From NCBI GenBank assembly GCA_965214935.1, contig CBDCCS010000021.1, positions 239,089-303,088 on the forward strand: a stretch of 64,000 nucleotides of DNA, written 5' to 3'. Positions 54,969-63,364 of the stretch are shown piece by piece. The stretch comes from Candidatus Velthaea sp. Its GTDB lineage: Bacteria > Vulcanimicrobiota > Vulcanimicrobiia > Vulcanimicrobiales > Vulcanimicrobiaceae. The notes beneath the pieces are model-generated. The model was not told the DNA's origin. It made no database searches and saw nothing but the letters and a program-made list of their open reading frames with translations. Made by a program: the position numbers and the translations under genes. Numbering within the stretch: the first letter of the stretch is position 1; every line of letters begins with the position of its first letter.

Positions 54969-56275
54969 TACGCGGCGACTCCGCGAAAGGCGCGATCGAC
55001 GTTTGCCGCGACGAGCTTTCCCTGTTGCGCCGCGACGACGACCATCGCGTCGGTCATGCCGCTGCGAAAGATGCAATCACCTGCCGCGTAGACGCGCGGA
55101 TTCGACGTTAGGAAATGCTCGTTGACGACCGGGATGCCGCGCTCGTCGCGTACGCCGAAATCGGCGAACATCGCACTCAATTTGGATTGGCCGATCGCAC
55201 GCACCACCGTATCGACTTCGACGGTTTCTTGCGTGCCCGGTACGATAACCGGGGTGCCGTCGATCACCATGCTTTGCGCAAAGGTAATCGAGGTGACCGT
55301 GCCGTCGAGACCGTCGATCCGCGTCGGTATGCGGTGAAAACGGAATGCGACGCCTTCGCTGCGCGCAAACGCAATTTCAAATGGATAGGCCGTCATTTCG
55401 GACGCCGCGCGGCGGTACCAAATCGTTACGAATTCGGCGCCGAGACGGCGCGCCGACGTTGCGGCATCGATCGCCGTGTTTCCGGCGCCGATGACGGCAA
55501 CACGCTGTCCGAGTGCAATCGGACGGCCGAATTTCGCCCGCTCGATCAAGTGTAGTGCGTCCTCGACGCCCGCCAGCTCTTCACCCGGAACGTTCAGTGC
55601 CGGAACGCTGCCCATGCCGACGGCCAGCACGACGGCATCGAACGTATCGAGCACGTGTTGCGGCGAAATATCCGAACCGACCGTTACGCCGCTGCGCAAC
55701 TCGACGCCGAGCCGCACGATCTGCGCGGCTTCCCAGCGCGCAACTTGGACCGGCAGCCGAAACGGTACGATTCCATATGTATTGAGGCCGCCGGCTTCGG
55801 GCCGGCGATCGAACAACGTGACGGCATGGCCGGCACGAGCGAGTTCGCGCGCGGCCGACAGCCCGGCCGGACCGGCTCCGATGATGGCGACGCGCTTGCC
55901 GCTCGGCGGTCCGGCGGTGAACAGCTCGCGGTCGTTTGCCATCAGCCAATCGATCGCGTAGCGCTGCAGATCGCCGATCCGGATCGGCGTCGCGTCGGCG
56001 GCATACACGCACGCGCCTTCACACAGTTCTTCGGTCGGACAAACCCGCGCACAACTGGCGCCTAGCGGGTTCGCATGTAAAATCGTCCGCGCACTGCCGA
56101 CCATATTATCGGTCGTGATTTTCTTAATGAAAGCCGGAATGTCGATTCCGGTCGGACATGCAGCGATGCATGGTGCGTCGTAACACGCTAAACATCGGTT
56201 CGCCTCGATCAGCGCTTCCATCCGTGAGAGCGGCGCGGTTACGGGCGCACCAAGTGACGACTCTTCCAAGCTCAC
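54968..56275 (-). CDS. preT: NAD-dependent dihydropyrimidine dehydrogenase subunit PreT (GltD-like)
   Basis: EANRCLACYDAPCIAACPTGIDIPAFIKKI, two dinucleotide folds (VAIIGAGPAGLSAAREL; VAVIGAGNTAIDAA). TAATG overlap with preA. The start is uncertain (GTG 56275 chosen; ATG 56365 would overlap the divergent gene). Confidence 0.85.
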   Translation of the reverse strand: MSLEESSLGAPVTAPLSRMEALIEANRCLACYDAPCIAACPTGIDIPAFIKKITTDNMVGSARTILHANPLGASCARVCPTEELCEGACVYAADATPIRIGDLQRYAIDWLMANDRELFTAGPPSGKRVAIIGAGPAGLSAARELARAGHAVTLFDRRPEAGGLNTYGIVPFRLPVQVARWEAAQIVRLGVELRSGVTVGSDISPQHVLDTFDAVVLAVGMGSVPALNVPGEELAGVEDALHLIERAKFGRPIALGQRVAVIGAGNTAIDAATSARRLGAEFVTIWYRRAASEMTAYPFEIAFARSEGVAFRFHRIPTRIDGLDGTVTSITFAQSMVIDGTPVIVPGTQETVEVDTVVRAIGQSKLSAMFADFGVRDERGIPVVNEHFLTSNPRVYAAGDCIFRSGMTDAMVVVAAQQGKLVAANVDRAFRGVAA

Positions 56276-56356
56276 CTCAACAAAAGAAGTACCGAGAATA
56301 GCGCGAACGGGACGATCGGCGCAAGAGCACATACAACGTGCCGAGAACTCGGCTGG

Positions 56357-57793
56357 ATGTGGCAAACCGTTCTCCGGCCCGCGACCGTGCCTGCCGCCTT
56401 AACCGAACTTGCGCGATCGGAACGCGTAGCGCGGATCGTCGCCGGCGGAACCGACGTGCTCGTCGAGCTGCAGCGTGGTATCAAACCGGCACAGACGCTC
56501 ATCGACATCTCGGGCTTGCGCGACCTCAAGTACGTGCGCCACGAGGGTCCTTTCGTCGCACTCGGTGGCCTCGCAACGCACAACGACGTGCTGGCCGCAC
56601 CGTTCGCGCGAAGTGCGGCCTTACCGTTGGCGCAGGCCTGCATCGAAGTCGGTGCGCCGCAAATTCGGTCGCGCGCGACCATCGCCGGTAACGTTGCAAC
56701 GGGGTCGCCCGCCAACGACACTATCGCGCCGTTATTGGCACTCGACGCAACCCTTATTCTCGCGAGCGTATCCGGTGAACGCGCCGTTCCGATCGCCGAT
56801 TTCTATCCCGGCTTCCGCACGACGGTGCTACGGCCCGACGAACTCATTCGCGAAATCCGTTTCTCGGCGCTCACGACCCGCCGGCGCGGCATCTTTCTCA
56901 AGCTCGGCTTACGTGGAGCACAAGCGATCTCGGTCATCGACGTCGCATTCGTGTTGACGTTTGCCGACGACGGGACGGTCGCCGATGCACGCATTGCGCT
57001 CGGTTGCCTTGCGCCGACCGTCGTACGAGCTTACTCGGCGGAGAGCGTCCTGATCGGTCATGCCCTCGACGGCCGGCGCTGCGTCCTCGCCGCCGAAGCC
57101 GCCGCGACGGATGCGGCACCCATCTCGGACGTGCGCGGGTCCGCCGGCTATCGCAGCACGACGTTACGTGCGCTCGTTCGCAGCGGTCTCGAGCGTCTTG
57201 CCGACGGTCGGGAGGCCGACGGGTATCCCGCCCAACCGGTCCTCTTGCAGACCCGCCCGCAGAGCGACCCGGCACGAAGCCGCGCCTTGCCGTTTGATGG
57301 CGACGTCACTGCGACGATCAACGGCGAACGCCGCAAATTGCCCGGCGTCGGCCGCAAAACGCTCTTGAACGCGCTGCGCGACGATGCGGGTTTGACCGGC
57401 GCGAAAGAAGGCTGCGGCGAAGGTGAGTGCGGCGCTTGCACGGTCTGGCTCGACGGTGCGGCCGTGATGTCATGCCTGGTACCGGCGGCGCAGGCCGACG
57501 GCGCGACCATTACGACGATCGAAGGTCTGGCCGACGGTGATACGCTGCATCCGTTGCAGCAAGCCTATATCGATTGTGGCGCCGTGCAATGCGGCTTCTG
57601 CATCCCGGGGATGATCATGGCCGGTGCAAAGCTGCTCGAAGAACGGCACGCGCCGGATCTCGCCGAGCAGCAAGCTGCCATTAGCGGTAACCTGTGCCGC
57701 TGCACCGGCTATCGCAAAATCCTCGATGCAATGACCGCAACGGCGCATGTGCTCGCCGAGTACGAGCCGCTACCGGCAGCCGTTCGCGTATGA
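56357..57793 (+). CDS. Xanthine-dehydrogenase-family FAD-binding (CoxM-like) domain fused to a [2Fe-2S] (CoxS-like) domain
   Basis: N-terminal FAD domain (ARIVAGGTDVLVELQRG ... ATIAGNVATGSPANDTIAPLLAL). C-terminal 2Fe-2S domains (GCGEGECGACTVWLDG; CGFCIPGMIMA...CRCTGY). Confidence 0.9.
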   Translation: MWQTVLRPATVPAALTELARSERVARIVAGGTDVLVELQRGIKPAQTLIDISGLRDLKYVRHEGPFVALGGLATHNDVLAAPFARSAALPLAQACIEVGAPQIRSRATIAGNVATGSPANDTIAPLLALDATLILASVSGERAVPIADFYPGFRTTVLRPDELIREIRFSALTTRRRGIFLKLGLRGAQAISVIDVAFVLTFADDGTVADARIALGCLAPTVVRAYSAESVLIGHALDGRRCVLAAEAAATDAAPISDVRGSAGYRSTTLRALVRSGLERLADGREADGYPAQPVLLQTRPQSDPARSRALPFDGDVTATINGERRKLPGVGRKTLLNALRDDAGLTGAKEGCGEGECGACTVWLDGAAVMSCLVPAAQADGATITTIEGLADGDTLHPLQQAYIDCGAVQCGFCIPGMIMAGAKLLEERHAPDLAEQQAAISGNLCRCTGYRKILDAMTATAHVLAEYEPLPAAVRV

Positions 57794-59982
57794 CGCTGAT
57801 CGGGGCCTCGGTTCCGCGCCCGGATGCTCGTGATAAAGTGACCGGTGCCGCGCGTTATCCGGCCGATCTTATTCGCCCCGAAATGCTGCATGCCAAGGCG
57901 GTGTTCGGGCATCGTACGCATGCCCGCATTGCCGCTATCGACCTGCACCGGGCACGCGCGATGCCCGGCGTCGTCGACATTTTGACCGCCGCGGATGTTC
58001 CGTATAACCGTTACGGTCTGATCGAGAGCGATCAGGAAGTGCTGTGCAGCGAGCGCGTCCGTTACACCGGCGACCGGATTGCTCTCGTCGTCGCGCAAAC
58101 AGCCGAGGCCGCAGCGGCCGCCGCCGCTGCCGTCGGTGTCGACTACGAGACGTTGCCGGCCGTAACGAACGCACAGGCTGCGATGCTGCCGGATGCACCG
58201 CTCGTTCATCCCGAGCGCGGAACCAACGTGCTTTTTCACCAGGCCGTCCGCCGCGGTGATGTCGAGCAGGCGTTTGCGGGCGCCGATGTCGTGCTCGACG
58301 GGACTTTTACGACGAGCTGGCAAGAGCATGCGTATCTGGCGCCCGATGCCGCGATTGCTTACTACGAAGGCGACGCGCTCGTCGTCGAAACGGCAGGTCA
58401 GTGGCTGCATGAAGATCGGCGGCAGCTTGCAGCGATCGTCGGCCTGCCGCCCGAGTTGTTGATCGTCCGTTATGCCAAAATCGGCGGCGCATTCGGGGGT
58501 CGCGAAGATCTCTCGGTTCAAGCGCTCGTCGCGCTCGCAACCTGGAAACTCAAGCGTCCGACGGCGATCGTGTGGTCGCGCGAAGAAGCGATCGTCGGCC
58601 ACCATAAACGTCATCCGTTTCACATTACGACGCGCTGGGGCGCGCGGCGCGATGGTACGATCGTCGCCGTGCAGACGCGCAGCGTTGCGGACGGCGGGGC
58701 GTATGCGTCGACGAGCGCCGAGGTTCTCAAATGTGCGGCAATCTTCGCCCAAGGCCCGTACCGCGTCCCGAACATCGCGACCGACGCGTATGTAACCTAT
58801 ACAAACAACGTGCCGAGCGGTGCGTTTCGCGGATTCGGCGCCCCGCAGGCACACTGGGCCGCCGAATCGATGGTCACCCGTCTAGCTCACGCCTTGGGGA
58901 TCGACCCGATCGACATGCGCCGGTTAAATCTCTATCGCGAAGGCGACACCGAAGCGACGCAAAGCGTGCTCCCGCCAGGCGTTAGCGCGGTTGCGGTCCT
59001 CGAACGCTGCGCCGCCGAGGCACGCCGCCGATTTCCGGTGCGCCGCATGCCGCACGCATCGACCAAACGGTACGGGACCGGCTTTGCCAGCGGTATCAAG
59101 AACGTCGGTTATTCTTTCGGCTTTCCCGAACAAGCGACGGCAACGGTCGAGTTGATCGGTATCGAGCGGATCGAGCGCGCCGTCGTTCGAATCGGGGTCG
59201 CCGACGTCGGCCAGGGCGTGGCGCTTATCGTTCGTCAAATCGCCGCCGAGCGGTTGGGCTTGCCGCTGTCATCCGTCGCGATCGTTAACGAAGATAGCGC
59301 GCAAGCGCCGAACGCCGGTTCGGCTTCGGCCTCGCGACTAACGTTCATGGCCGGACGCGCGGTTCACGATGCCGCACTCGCCGCACAAGCGAATTTTCAC
59401 GCCGGCAAAGGCGGGAACGCGACCGTACAATTCCGGCCGCGCGCAACGACGGCAATCGATCCCCTTACGGGCGAAGGCGATCCGAACTACTGTTACGGTT
59501 ACGTTGCTCAGGCCGTTGAAGTCGAGGTCGACCTCACGACCGGCCTTACGCGCGTGCTGCGTATTATTAGCGTGCACGATGTCGGCCGCGCGATCAATCG
59601 GCAGCAAATCGAAGGCCAGATCGAAGGCTGTCTCGCGCAGGCGGTCGGCTTTGCGCTCACCGAGAACTTTCTCATTCGTGACGGTCACGTGCTCACACCG
59701 CACTTCAGTACGTACCTCTTGCCGACGACTCTGGATATGCCGACCGAGATCGTGCCGGTCATCATGGAGTTAGCCGATCCCGCGGGACCGTACGGTGCGC
59801 GCGGCATGTCCGAAATGCCGCTCGTTCCGTTCGCCGCCGCGGTCGCAGGAGCAATCTTCGATGCCACCGGAGCCTGGGTCAGTGATTTGCCGATGACGCC
59901 CGAGCGCGTGTTACATGCTATGACGCAGACATGCGGCGACCTTGCCGCAGCGCCGACAGCGGCGGCGGCCCGAACGCTGTGA
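57790..59982 (+). CDS. Xanthine-dehydrogenase-family molybdopterin-binding subunit
   Basis: 730 aa from ATG 57790 (ATGA overlap). PRPDARDKVTGAARYPADL ... IGGAFGGRED ... SGAFRGFGAPQAHWAAES ... GARGMSEMPLVPFAAAVAGAI. Confidence 0.9.
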   Translation: MTLIGASVPRPDARDKVTGAARYPADLIRPEMLHAKAVFGHRTHARIAAIDLHRARAMPGVVDILTAADVPYNRYGLIESDQEVLCSERVRYTGDRIALVVAQTAEAAAAAAAAVGVDYETLPAVTNAQAAMLPDAPLVHPERGTNVLFHQAVRRGDVEQAFAGADVVLDGTFTTSWQEHAYLAPDAAIAYYEGDALVVETAGQWLHEDRRQLAAIVGLPPELLIVRYAKIGGAFGGREDLSVQALVALATWKLKRPTAIVWSREEAIVGHHKRHPFHITTRWGARRDGTIVAVQTRSVADGGAYASTSAEVLKCAAIFAQGPYRVPNIATDAYVTYTNNVPSGAFRGFGAPQAHWAAESMVTRLAHALGIDPIDMRRLNLYREGDTEATQSVLPPGVSAVAVLERCAAEARRRFPVRRMPHASTKRYGTGFASGIKNVGYSFGFPEQATATVELIGIERIERAVVRIGVADVGQGVALIVRQIAAERLGLPLSSVAIVNEDSAQAPNAGSASASRLTFMAGRAVHDAALAAQANFHAGKGGNATVQFRPRATTAIDPLTGEGDPNYCYGYVAQAVEVEVDLTTGLTRVLRIISVHDVGRAINRQQIEGQIEGCLAQAVGFALTENFLIRDGHVLTPHFSTYLLPTTLDMPTEIVPVIMELADPAGPYGARGMSEMPLVPFAAAVAGAIFDATGAWVSDLPMTPERVLHAMTQTCGDLAAAPTAAAARTL

Positions 59983-60511
59983 CGTAAAGCGACTCCGGAT
60001 GCTGCCTACCAGCAGTCGATCGGAGTTGCTGCCATGCTCCCCTCCTACGCTCGACAGCGGGTCTTAGGCAAGCAGGTCCATCACTGCAAGTCCGATGCCG
60101 CAGTTTGGCTGCCACGGGGCATGAACGCTGCGCTTGCAACCGGACATAACACATAAACGAGTAAGCATGAAAGCGAGTTTCAGCTTACAACCATAGGCCC
60201 GGATTTAAAACGCGCTATCATTTCTTTCGGTGTCGCTTTTTGTATGACGTTTCCAAGCTTTACTACGTTAAGCTGTACAGGCGAGCGATTATTGTAATCG
60301 ACGAGCCGGTAAATCAACGATCGCCTCGGCATCTATGGAATTAAGCTGCTTTCCTAAGCGACGAGTAAGGACGTTACGTCCGTAGACAACGACCCGTTAC
60401 AAGAGTCGATCGATGGAAAGCAATCCACTTTAAATTCGTACCGTTCATCGTGTTACAACCTTCGTCGCCCGGCGCCCGAGCGACTTGGATACCGCAGAAT
60501 AGAGTTCGTTC

Positions 60512-61471
60512 ATGGCCATCGAGCAGATGCAGAACACCGAAATGCCAATGCCGCAAACAGCGACGCTTCGACCGCTCGATCGGGCAGCGCACGTTCCGGT
60601 GTGTGCGATTTGCAATTGCACCGCGGCAACATCTTTTGTCGTGCACGGTTATCGCTTATTTGCTTGTGCATCGTGCGACTTTGCTTTCGTCGATCCGGCA
60701 ACGGCGGCGGCGTTCAACAGCACGAGCATGTTCAACGACGACTATTTTTGCGGCGGCGGTGCCGGCTATACGAATTATATTGCCGAAGGCGATTTGCTTG
60801 AAGCGCATGGACGCCGGTATGGTGCTATTCTTGCGAAAGCCGGTGTTTCTAGCGTCTTAGATGTCGGTGCTGCCGCCGGGTTCGTTTTGCGCGGAATGCA
60901 GCAAACCGGCGCGACCGGCGTGGGCATCGAGCCGAACGCCTCGATGGCTGCTTTCGCCGTCGAAGAACTTGGGTTGGACGTTCAAGCGACAACGCTCGAA
61001 CGGTTCTCCGCAAGCCGGCGATTCGATGCGGTGGCTATGTTGCAGGTCGTCGACCATCTTGAAGACTTACGACTGTCATTTTCCAAGGTCGATGCGCTGG
61101 CAAAGCCGGACGGATGGTGTTTGATCGAGTTCGGCAACCGGGCCAGCGTCACGGCGCGGCTTCTCGGACCGGCTTGGCACGAATATGCACCGCCCAGCGT
61201 GCAGCGTGTCTTTTCGATGCGCGCATTGCGCCGGATCCTGGGCGATTACGGGTTTAGGCTACACTCGTGGGGCCACCCCGAAAAGTACGTCCGTGCCGAT
61301 CACGCTCTTTCGCTCTTACGCTATAAAAGCGGCAAGTGGCTGGGCGAGCAGGTCATCGACCGCCTCGCGCACGTGATTCCCGACAACGCGAAGCTCCGCT
61401 ATCCGGGCGACGATATAACGTGGGCTTTGTTTTCCCGAACGAGTCTGCGCGCGCTCAATACGCCGGTCTGA
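60512..61471 (+). CDS. Class I SAM-dependent methyltransferase with N-terminal Cys4 zinc-ribbon
   Basis: CAICNC...ACASCDF, then the SAM-binding motif VLDVGAAAGFVLRGM and post-I/II motifs (FDAVAMLQVVDHLED). Confidence 0.8.
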   Translation: MAIEQMQNTEMPMPQTATLRPLDRAAHVPVCAICNCTAATSFVVHGYRLFACASCDFAFVDPATAAAFNSTSMFNDDYFCGGGAGYTNYIAEGDLLEAHGRRYGAILAKAGVSSVLDVGAAAGFVLRGMQQTGATGVGIEPNASMAAFAVEELGLDVQATTLERFSASRRFDAVAMLQVVDHLEDLRLSFSKVDALAKPDGWCLIEFGNRASVTARLLGPAWHEYAPPSVQRVFSMRALRRILGDYGFRLHSWGHPEKYVRADHALSLLRYKSGKWLGEQVIDRLAHVIPDNAKLRYPGDDITWALFSRTSLRALNTPV

Positions 61472-61491
61472 ACCTGACGGACCGGCAACGG

Positions 61492-62859
61492 TCAAGCGAC
61501 GAGCGCTCGCGCTGCATCGTTATGAGCAGCAATGAGTGCGCTGAGCTCGACGCCTTGTAAGATACCGGCATCAATGCGAACTCGGCCGTCGATGACGCTC
61601 AAGTCCACCGTTGACGGCGCGCTAAAGACGAGTGCCGCCACGGGATCGTGCACCGCGGCACCCGCCATTGCAAGCGTATCAAGGCGCACGCCGATCACAT
61701 CGGCGGCCATACCCGGCGCAATCGCGCCGATGTCGTCGCGACCGAGAACGGCGGCGCCGCCGCGCGTCGCCATCCAAAGTGCTTGACGCGCCGACAGCGC
61801 GGCAGCTCCCGCGTCGACCCGCTGTAGCAGCATTGCAGCCCGCACTTCAGCAAGCAAATGCGAGGCATCGTTCGAGGCCGAACCGTCGACTCCGAGTCCT
61901 AGCCGCATCCCGCTACTACGCATCGCAGCTAGCGGCGCGATACCGGAACCGAGCCGCATATTCGAGCTCGGGCAATGAGCGGCACCGGTTTGCGAGCTGC
62001 CGAGACGTTCGATCTCGGCGGCGCTGAGGTGCACCATATGCGCGTGCCAAACATCCGGCCCGATCCAGCCCAACTCTTCGGCGAGTTCGACCGGACGCCG
62101 GCCGTAACGATCGATGCAATAGCGTTCTTCATCGAGCGTTTCGCACAGATGCGTATGCAAGTGCACGCCGTAATCACGTGCCAACGCCGCGCTTTCACGC
62201 ATGAGTGTAAGCGAAACCGAGAACGGCGAACACGGTGCGAGCACGATCCGCGTCATCGCGAAACGCTCCGGGTCGTGAAAGGTCTCGATAAGCCGCTGCG
62301 AATCGCGTAAGATTGTCGCTTCGTCTTCAACGACGCTATCGGGCGGCAAGCCGCCGAGCGACTCGCCGATCGACATCGATCCGCGAGCAGCATGGAATCG
62401 CAAACCAAACTCGCGCGCGACTTGGATTTGATCGTCGAGTGTCGTGCCGTTCGGCCAAAGATAGGTGTGGTCGGCGGCAGTCGTGCAACCCGAGAACAGC
62501 AATTCAGCGATGGCGACGGCGGTGCTGACACGCATGGCCGTCCGATCGATGCGAGCCCAGATCGGATAGAGCGTTACAAGCCAATCGAACAAACCGGCGT
62601 TCTGCGCGCGCGGCACGGCCCGGGTCAGCGTTTGTGTAAAATGATGGTGGGTGTTGACGAGGCCCGGTAAAAGAACGAGGTTGTGCGCATCGATAATGCG
62701 GTCGGCTCGCTGCGGCAGTTCGGCCGCCGGGCCGACCGCAACGATCGCTCGATCTTCAATGTACACCGACGCGCCGGCGAGCTCGCGCCGAGCGTCGTCA
62801 AAGGTGGCAACCAGCGCCGCATCGCGCAAAAGGAGAGTCCCGATCGATCCGCACCTCAC
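61492..62859 (-). CDS. Amidohydrolase-superfamily deaminase (8-oxoguanine / guanine deaminase-like)
   Basis: LLLRDAALVATFDDARRELAGASVYIEDRAIVAVGPAAELP ... LLPGLVNTHHHFTQTLTRA ... HLCET ... GVDGSASND. The start is uncertain (GTG 62859 chosen; TTG 62829 is an alternative). The long Arg/Ser-rich N-terminus in the track ORF was rejected. Confidence 0.8.
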   Translation of the reverse strand: MRCGSIGTLLLRDAALVATFDDARRELAGASVYIEDRAIVAVGPAAELPQRADRIIDAHNLVLLPGLVNTHHHFTQTLTRAVPRAQNAGLFDWLVTLYPIWARIDRTAMRVSTAVAIAELLFSGCTTAADHTYLWPNGTTLDDQIQVAREFGLRFHAARGSMSIGESLGGLPPDSVVEDEATILRDSQRLIETFHDPERFAMTRIVLAPCSPFSVSLTLMRESAALARDYGVHLHTHLCETLDEERYCIDRYGRRPVELAEELGWIGPDVWHAHMVHLSAAEIERLGSSQTGAAHCPSSNMRLGSGIAPLAAMRSSGMRLGLGVDGSASNDASHLLAEVRAAMLLQRVDAGAAALSARQALWMATRGGAAVLGRDDIGAIAPGMAADVIGVRLDTLAMAGAAVHDPVAALVFSAPSTVDLSVIDGRVRIDAGILQGVELSALIAAHNDAARALVA

Positions 62860-63364
62860 GACGCTCGACGCACTCAACGGCGCCGACGAACCGGCTTTCG
62901 TCGGTACGCTCGGCTTCGTCTTTGAGGACTCGCCGTGGGTGGCCGCGCGCAGCTGGCCGCTGCGTCCGTTCGGCTCCGTGGAAGCGCTGCACGCCTCCAT
63001 GTGCTCGACGGTGCGCAACGCACCGCTCGACGTGCAACTGGCACTGGTCAAGGCGCATCCCGATCTCGTCGGACGCGCGGCAGGCAACGGCATGCTGACG
63101 CCGGCATCGACGGCCGAACAGCATGGCGCGGGGCTCGATCGCCTAAGCCAAGCCGAGACTGCGCTAGTGCGCGAGCTGAACGCCGCTTACCGCCGGCGTT
63201 TCGGTTTTCCATTCGTCATTTGCGTGCGCGAAAAAAACAAAGCGGCGATCGTCAGCGGCCTGCAATCGCGCTTAAACAACGACCGTGCGACCGAATTACG
63301 GGCCGCGCTTGCCGAGATCGAGAAGATCGCGCGGTTGCGGCTACTGGATGTCATCGTCCGCTAA
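62804..63364 (+). CDS. uraD: OHCU decarboxylase (2-oxo-4-hydroxy-4-carboxy-5-ureidoimidazoline decarboxylase)
   Basis: LDALNGADEPAFVGTLGFVFEDSPWVA ... LVKAHPDLVGRAA ... LTPASTAEQHGAGLD ... YRRRFGFPFVICVREK. The start is uncertain: GTG 62804, or ATC 62843, which has AAGGAGAG 6 nt upstream. Confidence 0.8.
   Translation: MATSAASRKRRVPIDPHLTTLDALNGADEPAFVGTLGFVFEDSPWVAARSWPLRPFGSVEALHASMCSTVRNAPLDVQLALVKAHPDLVGRAAGNGMLTPASTAEQHGAGLDRLSQAETALVRELNAAYRRRFGFPFVICVREKNKAAIVSGLQSRLNNDRATELRAALAEIEKIARLRLLDVIVR

Noticed and set aside
60006-60035. Minus-strand 9-codon mini-ORF (MAATPIDCW) with a very strong AGGAGGGGAGC-ATG context.
   Set aside because: It is too short to assess. It points into the 3' end of the molybdoenzyme gene with nothing downstream to regulate. 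The SD-like string is also the complement of a CTCCCCTCC run in a plus-strand ORF, so it is probably coincidental.
60180-60332. Minus-strand 50-aa ORF containing LVDYNNRSP...TPKEM, faintly reminiscent of the YN-x-x-RPH...TP-x-E tail of DDE (rve) transposases.
   Set aside because: The spacing and the RPH residues do not match. No upstream catalytic-domain remnant or inverted repeats were found. Not enough evidence to call a mobile-element relic.
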